DNA of 20,000 nt from Catajapyx aquilonaris (Eukaryota), in contig JYFJ02000418.1 in assembly GCA_000934665.2 (NCBI GenBank), positions 112,969 to 132,968 on the forward strand. Reading direction: 5' to 3'. Within the stretch, counting starts at the first letter, position 1. The number at the start of each line of letters is the position of its first letter. The translations under genes and the position numbers were made by a program. Positions 11,708-20,000 of the stretch are shown here, piece by piece. The notes below the pieces were generated by a model. That model was not told where the DNA came from. It ran no database searches and saw only the letters and a program-made list of their open reading frames with translations.

Positions 11708-12407
11708 AAACCAGCTGAAAACCAAGCTTCTTGCAGTGGTGGGCGAACCAACAGGCCGTGAACCACGGATTACGTCTGCGGACTTACTCAACCGAGCACA
11801 AGTCTCCGTGTAAACAAGTCAAGCCACGTGGTCGGGATTATTCAGGTCACAATTCCAGCAAAACTATCCTCCGAGTGCACCCAACACAAGCAGGTCAACC
11901 CACACACGGCCATCCAACTCGAATGGAGCCCACCAAGGGCAAAAATGCTCCATGGTCCCCCTGCCGGTTGAGGATGGAAGGAAGAAACCCCCTCTCAACC
12001 CTCCCTCAACCGGACTACATGTGTACCGTGAAGGAGGTCAACTCAAACTTATGAGTGGGTGGGGTGACCACCTCTTTTTTTGTCTGTTGGAATTCCACTT
12101 CGTAACTGTGATCGAGGATGAGTCAAGTTCCTCCATAGCATATGTCCACTGTCACATATTTAATTTTTAAAACAATAAGCATTACAAAAATTTCATGAAG
12201 AGAGTGAAATTTTTAACCGCAAATGTGCCTGTTGATTTTTTTTGTAACAAATTTAAAATTAAGATAATGACTAACCATCCAACAATATGTCCTACATATA
12301 GGACGCTAAGACACACAAATTCATAACAGCCATTTCCCATCTTGCACTCTAGATTTGTATACATATTTTACAGCTCGAAGTGTGGCCCGGTTCAACGTCT
12401 GGCCCAA

Positions 12408-12450
12408 ATATAGAGCAGTGTTTTTCAAACATTTGGACAGCCGAGGCATC
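12408..12450 (+). mobile_element. Possible hAT/Charlie-type DNA transposon terminus (orphan end)
   Basis: CAGTGTTTTTCAAAC at 12416-12430 resembles Charlie-like TIRs. The preceding 8-mer ATATAGAG differs by one base from the NTCTAGAN target consensus. I found no partner TIR. Confidence 0.35.
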
Positions 12451-15342
12451 GAAGCAATCCAGTGAAGATTCGAGCCGCAGATAGGATTTGGTTCCTACTT
12501 TTTTTTTTTGCAAAGCATGCTTTTTGCATTTTCAGGACCAATAAACCCCGAGTGGAATTTCTTGTACAGACGGCCTGAACCTTTGCCAAACTTCTCGCAA
12601 AAAAATGCGAATTGTATGCATCTTGAGGTTAACTAAATTATTTCCTTCAGTAGTACTGGTCAAAACGATGTCCTAGTTTTCACTGAAGAAGAATCCTCCT
12701 GGATGTGAGTGCAGTGTACTAGCCGGAGGTTTTGATCGATTCCTTTTGCACCAAAGTTGTCGGAATGCGCGAGTTTCACCAAGAATGATAAGTAGAGCGT
12801 GAGGAAGGCTGTTTTCATACCTTCATATCGAACCGGCCCAGCATCCTCATCGTTCTTGCATAGAGAGAACTCCCCCCCTGCCTTTGTCTCATTTTCTACT
12901 TGTTACGTGTGTAAAGAGGCGGCAGTGACTATCTGCACACCATCGCATTAATTTACGATCGTGCATAATTAATTCCGAGAGGGGTAATTGCACACCCCCC
13001 TCTTTCTATATGGATATGAAAAGATACGACGGAGCGTAATTAAAAGTTATTAATATTTGGAAGTTGTGGATTCCATATTATTACTCCGCCGGCGGGCTTC
13101 ACTGAAGCATACATTTCTTTTGAAGTTTCCAAAAACCCCTGCCTCGTACCAAATAGCAGTACATTTTCAGCGTTAATTTCGCTAATTATGGCAAAGTTCA
13201 GGCGAATGAAACAGGTTCTAACAATGTTCTTGTTGCGCTTTCGAGTAAGGGTCGCTTTAAAATTCAAATTCAACGGTCAATTCGAGAGTAGTTAGGAACG
13301 TTTGGGAGTGTGGTGCCGGAAAAGACCACTCCACTGGAATAACTGTACAATCAGGCAAATCCAGAGTCAAGGACGCGGAAGGTGCGGCAAAGCGGGTAGG
13401 GGACACTCGCGAAACAGTTTGCGAATCTTTGCAGATGCCACAGCCACGCCTACTTTACTGCAAAAATCTCCCGTTAAAAAAAATAAGGGTGGAGACTTGG
13501 GTAGGACATTTGGGTCAATGCAAGTCGCGAAAAACTGACCTCATAGCCTTGAGTCTGATATAATATCAGTTTGCATCGGCTCCCAAAAAAAAGTGTCCCT
13601 GAAAAGGCAAGTGATGAGGGCACGCATTCCCACGACTAAGATTGTGTCTAGCTAAGAGACAGAACAAGCAGCTAATCATTTGTAAGGCGCCTGGTTCCTT
13701 TGAGTTCTCTCTAAAAAAAGGGTCACGACATGAAAAATTAGAGGCGGGATATGTTGAGTGACAGCGAGTGTGTAATTTTTTTCATTACATGAAGTATGAC
13801 CTGGTATATGCTATTTTTTTAAGATGCGTATCTTGTGACTCCACGTGTATCGAAAGGGGCATAAAACCTAGACCATTCGTCTTGTTATCGCAGACCGTCA
13901 TAGCTCCTTTTCTGGAGGCTTCCTATGCCAGAAGGAAAGTTGCTTTTCACTCTACTCCGTCAGTGTCTTGACAGGCCAGTCAGATAAGAGGTTCCATGCT
14001 GCCCCTCTTTTTTCTTCTTCATCTTCACTTTGCCCTTCCTTTCCTCGCCATGTTGCTCAAAAAATTCTTTCCCTTAACCACAATCTTCGCTTTCTTTTAA
14101 CCAGATCATACATCGCTGTCACTCTGTCGACTTTTGACACGCGAAACAAGGTTACCTCTTCATCTCGAAGCGACTTCCGCCCAACTGTTCACATTGGGTT
14201 TTGTTCACACAGTCCAATCACAGTCTTGCATGTGCGGTTCACTTGCCATCTCTCATCAGCCAGGAGGCAATTTGGCAATTCCTGCCCTCTGGTTTTCAAT
14301 ATTAATGGCCGCGGGGATTAAATACGAGTTAATATTGCAAGTGGAGGAACGCGCATCAATTAGCCACGTTTTAATATGCAGCCAGGGCTAAGAAAACTTT
14401 CAGAGAAAATTTCGCGGTTCCAGTTAAAAAAAGGAACGGGAAAAGAAAATAAAGAAATGCCAAAAACATTCATTAGGGTGAAAAATGGCTGGGGCCTATA
14501 TCTTGAGAGGTTGGGTTGATTCACGAGTGGGGATAATACAGGAAGCAGCAAGTCGTGATTAATGTCCTTGGGCGACTCATAAATGCCCCCTCACTGGGAC
14601 CATAAGTCCGGATTGAAGAATTGGAGTGAAAGTTACCACTCTTCGCGCTCCTGAATGGATTGGATTGAATGTCTCCCGTTTTTTTTTTTACAGCGTTGCC
14701 ATTTTCAGTTCTCCTGGAACTGGGGACGGAACGAGCAGGAAAACTCTCGTTTACTTCCTTCCGATCAATTTCACCGGTTAAAGATCTCCTCTCCCGAATC
14801 TGATGCAACGGAAAAGTCCGCGGGTTTTAATGCGAAGAGTTGCTTCTTCCACTGGGACCATTTTTCCAAAGTTCAGATCCTCTCGGGAACGACAGACTAC
14901 TTCTAACGGTCGTCTTAAGATGGCAGTACTCTCGCCATATCATGGGTTGACATTGTAGATTGTTTTCTCAGTTGGTAATATATGCATCGAGGTCCCAACT
15001 ATACATTTCAGCAAACTTTTTTACTGTCTACTGAAATAGCAGTTTCTGAATTACGCAAGTTAACTACCAATACTGAAGTTCAAATTCCGTTCACCTGTGT
15101 CCCTCCGCCTTTTTGCCGATAGCTAAAGTCCGTCAATCTCGGGGCACAATCGTGTCTTCTCTCCATTCACACGTCATGCAATCACGATCGACTGCCTTCC
15201 CTGGGGAAATCATATGAGGAGGAGGGGGAAAGAAGGGGTCTCCTCCTAAGAAGTAGGGGAGAAATTTGAAAAGAGCAGGGAAATGTCTCAAAAGGCCCGC
15301 TTCCCCGTGGCAGTCACTCGGCCCAATCCTGTGCAAAAAGGA

Positions 15343-15413
15343 TTTTTTTTCGCCTTCTCTTTTTCCCTCCTTCTCCTCTTTTTTCCCCTCCTTCTCTCGT
15401 TCTTGCTTCTGCC
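15343..15413 (+). repeat. Low-complexity pyrimidine tract
   Basis: Pure C/T from 15353 to 15398, with three degenerate T-run...CCTTCTC units. Confidence 0.8.
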
Positions 15414-18400
15414 TGATTCAGAGCTGCGTGAAAGGAGGAAAGGATGGAATTCCGGAAAGTAGCAATCTTCTCCGATCCCATCCGCATTTCCAAGTCAGCT
15501 TCAGCTCACTATCCACTCTCCTTACCACACGACCACCCAACTTCTCTGTTCCGGGGGAAAAGGGTCCGATGCTTGGCTTTGCTCGACAGGACGATTGCCA
15601 AGTTTTTCCACCACGTGCAGCCACGCCGGATACAGGGTGTCATGTAACGGCCGGTGGACCAAGAGCGTGTTGGATGGAGGAAACGAAAATTCATTTTTTT
15701 TTGTCCAAAGTGGGGATACTTTTCTGATAATTGACATACACAAAACAGTTACTTTACTGTGTGAACTTGCGACTATTAACTGTACGTGTTATAAATTCCT
15801 TTCCTCTAGAGCAGCGCATTATTATGACTCCTCATATAAGTTACTGCCAACAGGCTATTACACAGGGGCTATAGTGTACATTTCCCAGCCCTCCTTGAGA
15901 GAGCGATGGCAATTAATGTGTAATTCAATTACACTTCTATCCTCCATTCATTCGACCACGAGTCTCCCCCCAAATTGCACTTCTGCAGGTGATCGCCACG
16001 AATTTAATACACTGTTGTAATCAGAGCCACCACTCCGCCCCCGAAACAGTAATCAGTGCAAAGCTTCAGAGTAATTGCTGTAATGCGCGCTTTTTATATT
16101 CCTGGTGGACTAAGCGTGAAATTCTTTTCCTCCGCAGCAGGTCCATTTCCCAATATTCGGCTGATACATTCCTTTGAAGACTGGGAGAATTCCGGTAATC
16201 CTTGAGAAGGAAGCTGGACATAAGAAGGGTATCTCTCCTTCAAAAAAAAGCGGGGAACCTCCTTTTGGCATTGGAAATCGCAAAACCTTTTCCATGTACA
16301 ACCGTCCTGAAAGCCAGGTGCACCTCAAAAGGGTCTATATAAAAGAAGGAAGTCCATAAACCTCTTGAAAAAGCCAGCGGGAGGGTCATTATTGGTCCAA
16401 GGTGTCGAGTGTCCCCGAAATAAAATTGCTACTTGGCGAATAATAAAAAAGGTGGCTTGTATGAAAATGTCATTCCCCCTTTTTTGGGGGCTTTAAAAAA
16501 ATCGTAGCACTCTTAAGGCTGTTTTGACTCACGCTGCATTTCCCACACTTCCACTCTAATCAGATTTTCTCCCATTCCCCTTTATTCTGTCGGGCACTTT
16601 GGATTCTCGTCATGAGAACAAGCTTCCCCAGTCCAGAACTGAATAGGAAAAGAGGCGAGAATTATAGATTCTGAAGAATGGGCCTTCCCTCGTTCCACTT
16701 GCAAAAGGGGTGAAACTACCTACTGTGTATGTGTAAGTGGATTTAAGGAAATTTATCGCGCTGAACACTGGGAGAGGGTAATAACTGCACCTGAATTAAC
16801 GGAAAGGTTACTGTATGACTAATATGCAGGGGTTGCAGAAGCACAGCCCGGAGAGCAATGCACAAAGTGGAGATAAGCGGAATAAAATATTACAACTAGC
16901 TTTGATGTGACGTAATTTGGTGCAAATTACATCAACGCATCAAAAAATTAGCACTGGAATGTGATTTAAAATTAATTGCTCAGTTGTTTTAGAATCACTA
17001 GAAATGTACTGTACAAGAATTTCAAAAATTAAAACATTATGGGACAAAATAATATTTTCACCGTTAGTATATAGGGGCTTAAGATTGTTTACAAAGTTAC
17101 AGCCAGTAAATTTGCATAATAGGCATAAGTTGCATAGGCTACTATGTACGACAATATTTTAATATTTTTTTGTCTTATACAGTACCTGCGTATTTTCAAC
17201 TCTTTTAATAGACTTACGGTATATTTATATGAATAATTTACACGCGTCGTGTACCAGAACAAAACGTTTTTCAAGGCGTATCACGCAGTATATAATTTTG
17301 AAAGCCAGTGCGTTGACCCGGTAAAAAATGCGCAAATAAAGCAATGCGCGAGGCAACTTTAATTCAGTACAAAGGAGAAGCGACAAGTTAATTCCTGTTC
17401 CCAGTTGTCTCTTTTGAGGATTGCGCCACCTGAATTTCTCATTTTCCCATCCATCCAAGTTTCAAGTTGAACTGAATAACGAGGACCCGTGGCATACATA
17501 TTCTAATCCAACCGCGTGCGCAAATTTCATGAATTGTTATTTCGCCGGGGAGGATGCGGAAAACTCGCTTAGTTAAATTCCATCGCGTTTTTTAAAGTAT
17601 TCAAGCTCCAAAAAGACGTCACTATGAACTTACTCTACGCTAAAATCGGCCTACTTTTTAAAAAAAGGCTATATGTGCTACTAATGGAGATGTTGCCCTA
17701 TGGGTGCATGTGAAACCGCAGTACATATACGCCTACCCCATATCCATTTTCGCTGTTTTCTAATGAGCTAATTTATTCCACTCTCCCAGGCCACATATCA
17801 TGGCCCCCGCTAATGACGCTCTTGGGAGTTCCTAACTCAAGAAAATTCGACCCCAAAAAAATTTCTCAATTCTGTCCTGGATGTTAATATTTCATGATTA
17901 CAGTGCTGCTCCGGAGTTTAAATCACAATGTCGAGACCTGCCGTACAAAACATAGATGTACAGCCTTGACTCCATGGGAGGAAATATATTTAAGGAAGAA
18001 GTGATCGAATCCAAGTGGGCCAAGGTGACACATCCGTCGTTTCAAGTCCAGTAATTGGATCTTAACCGGATGTTACGAACTGATAACCGTGACCGTGAAG
18101 CCGAATATTATCGTAATGCATCTAATAACAGCACCCCCAGTATGAGTTAATATATTTTAAAAGTCTTGAGAAATGGGGCGTCGATTAAAAAATTGAATTG
18201 TCCTAGTCACGGATCTTTGCCCGTTTGCAAGGCTTTACCAGTCCCACTTTTTTTGAAGTGGTTAAAAAATTGCTTCCTTTACATGACCTTTCGCAGCCGC
18301 CTCCTTTTCGGCCACTGATTAAGGGAATGTTTCCTACGTGATTGCCGCGACCTTACCTACTTTCCACCACACGCGCACTACACACTCTCAGTCAATTTAA

Positions 18401-19100
18401 GCAGGTGTAAAAAAATATTGTTTTTCACTATAATTCGTGAATATTTCGTCTGTGGTCATTATCAAAACCAGGCTAGCTCATGGTGTCAAAAGTGTGTTAA
18501 TTCCTGCTGTGGTGGTTACAGGCGTCAACTCCGATTTCCAATACAGTACTACAGTATATAGATCAATTTCACAATAATTGGGCAAAGTCACCTGAGCCGT
18601 GAAAATACAATCTAAATTTTAAATTCCTAGCTTTTTTGAAGTGTTCGACCTGAAGCCTGGTTTTAATAACGACCTACTCAAAGATTAAATTATGCGGATA
18701 CGCCACTGTTTTTCGCCTTAATTTGAATTGATACAACCTGGAGCCGCCCTAAAGGTGCATTATTCACTCACAATGTGGAGGAATCAAGTGGGCCAACTTA
18801 TATGCAAATGATCTAGAGTCGGGCTTATTAGGCTAGTGGAGGGGGTGAAAGCTGCATAATCAATCCGAGCTCATCTTATGGAAGGCCCGGTACTGCGTAA
18901 TAACTGTAACGTGATATAAAGGAAGAGCCCTCATAATCCTCCCTGAAGATTAAAGCGGCTCTTGGTGTATAAGCCCCCTGGCTTTTCCACGCCCAGATAT
19001 TTTCTCTGCGGACCTCATTACGTCACATCCCCCTTGCAATTAGGTGGTGTTTTCTAGTAACGTTTGGAGGCTGCGGTTTTCGCTACTTTTTTTTTGGTAC

Positions 19101-19234
19101 TGTAGCATACCGCCTCCTAGCGGAGGTTTGGGTTTATGCTGCCTCCTAGCGGAGGTCTGTGTAAAGAGAGCAGATTAAAGCGAGTGTCAGCTCAGAGCAG
19201 ACGTGTTATTATTGTGTTAGCCCAATACACAACA
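19101..19234 (+). repeat. 5' LTR (~134 bp)
   Basis: Starts TGTAGCATA and ends TACACAACA (reverse complement TGTTGTGTA, 6/9 match). Poly(A)-signal variant ATTAAA at 19174-19179. The 3' end is fixed by the adjacent PBS; the 5' boundary is inferred because the partner LTR is outside the window. Confidence 0.75.
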
Positions 19235-19236
19235 AT

Positions 19237-19248
19237 TGGCGACGAGGA
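19237..19248 (+). promoter_or_regulatory. Primer binding site complementary to the 3' end of tRNA-Ser(GCU)
   Basis: TGGCGACGAGGA begins 2 nt after the LTR's terminal CA. It is complementary to ...UCCUCGUCG-CCA, the 3' end of metazoan tRNA-Ser(GCU) as I recall it. Confidence 0.85.
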
Positions 19249-19467
19249 AGTGGAGCGTACCCCGTATTACGCCCCGGGTGTGCCCCTTGGGCCCCCCAGT
19301 GCCCCTGGCAGCAGGTGTATTCGCCGTGGACTTGTTGAGAGCCGCTTCATCCCAGGCCTAGCCACGTGGTTTGGGACAAAGGAACATTGTGAGTGAGCCA
19401 GTGCAGTGGGTTGGTGATACCTGTCGTGTCCGGACGGTCGGGACAGCATTGTGTTTTGTGTGGCGTC

Positions 19468-20000
19468 ATGGCGGCATTGTTCGGTGCTATTGAGCATTTC
19501 GCACCGTCCCAACCTCAAGCTTGGAACTCGTATGTGCAACGTTTCGAGTGTTACCTGATGGCCAATGCCATCACAGATCCGGACAGACAGCGTGCGATAT
19601 TTTTGACGATCGTCGGCCCTGCCACGTTTGACCTACTTCGCTCGCTGGTGTCACCGGAGGACCCAACGCGGCTGCCCTTGCAGGCGTTGAAGGAGGTGTT
19701 GGAGGGACATTTCTCCCCGGCCCCAAACCCTATCGTCGAACGATTCCGTTTTTATAAGCGGGATCAGGCTCCTACGGAATCAGCGGCGGACTACATCGCC
19801 GAGCTGCGCCGCCTCAGCAGGCATTGTGATTTCCCTCAGCTGCAGGAAGCTCTCCGTGACAGGTTAGTTTGCGGAATGCGGGATGAACAGACCCAACGTC
19901 GTGTACTGGCGGAGAAGAATCTAACGTTTGCCAGGGCCGAGGCCATAGTGATTGGTATCGAGACCGCTCTCAGGAATGTGGCTGCAGTCAGGGAGGACGG
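19468..20000 (+). CDS. gag: Retrotransposon Gag (N-terminal 177 codons, open at window edge)
   Basis: My translation: MAALFGAIEHFAPSQPQAWNSYVQRFECYLMANAITDPDRQRAIFLTIVGPATFDLLRSLVSPEDPTRLPLQALKEVLEGHFSPAPNPIVERFRFYKRDQAPTESAADYIAELRRLSRHCDFPQLQEALRDRLVCGMRDEQTQRRVLAEKNLTFARAEAIVIGIETALRNVAAVRED. Motifs typical of Mag-like Gag: WxxYxxRF..AN, HFxP..ERFRF..R.Q, ES..DYIAELRRL..HC.F, LRDRLVCG. This is the first ATG after an in-frame TGA at 19390, in good Kozak context (GTCATGG), with no stops or frameshifts. Confidence 0.93.
   Translation, partial: MAALFGAIEHFAPSQPQAWNSYVQRFECYLMANAITDPDRQRAIFLTIVGPATFDLLRSLVSPEDPTRLPLQALKEVLEGHFSPAPNPIVERFRFYKRDQAPTESAADYIAELRRLSRHCDFPQLQEALRDRLVCGMRDEQTQRRVLAEKNLTFARAEAIVIGIETALRNVAAVRED

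Larger units (their letters stand above)
19101..20000 (+). mobile_element. Ty3/Gypsy LTR retrotransposon, Mag/K02A2.6-like lineage, 5' part (continues beyond window)
   Basis: Seen: canonical order TG..CA LTR (19101-19234), 2-nt spacer, PBS TGGCGACGAGGA (19237-19248), leader, then a gag-like ORF from 19468; visibly more GC-rich than the flank. The lineage call is from recognised Gag motifs and PBS type; no database search was run. Confidence 0.92.

Noticed and set aside
14173..14220. ETS/GC-box-like ACTTCCGCCC plus CCAAT motifs
   Set aside because: Short motifs with no associated transcript evidence.
16336..16345. TATATAAAAG TATA box
   Set aside because: Isolated short motif with no downstream gene evidence.
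1..19100. Supplied 60-154 aa ORFs as genes
   Set aside because: Short, often non-ATG starts, overlapping on both strands, rich in homopolymer-derived K/F runs, and with no recognisable domains; consistent with chance ORFs.
19136..19539. ORFs 19136..19396 (+) and 19267..19539 (-)
   Set aside because: They span the LTR, PBS and leader or lie antisense to gag in GC-rich, stop-poor sequence, with no recognisable product.
1..20000. tRNA, rRNA, snRNA, known miRNA, CRISPR or telomeric arrays
   Set aside because: By-eye scan found no cloverleaf, no full match to conserved RNAs I recall, and no regularly spaced repeat array; an Rfam scan would be needed to exclude them.

Overview
The window is mostly non-coding eukaryotic DNA, probably intergenic or intronic sequence from an invertebrate animal (inference from abundant CpG, long homopolymer runs and the element type). 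None of the supplied short ORFs resembles a protein family I recognise. The one firm feature is the 5' end of a Ty3/Gypsy LTR retrotransposon of the Mag/K02A2.6-like group at 19101-20000 (+). It has a short TG..CA LTR, a tRNA-Ser(GCU)-type primer binding site, a GC-rich leader and an uninterrupted gag ORF that runs off the window and is absent from the ORF track. A second, older LTR remnant with a polypurine tract probably lies on the minus strand at 11169-11710. Weaker signals are a hAT-like terminus, G-tracts, a long pyrimidine tract, several hairpins and a single-N assembly junction. I found no convincing evidence for a novel biological system; the findings below are modest leads.
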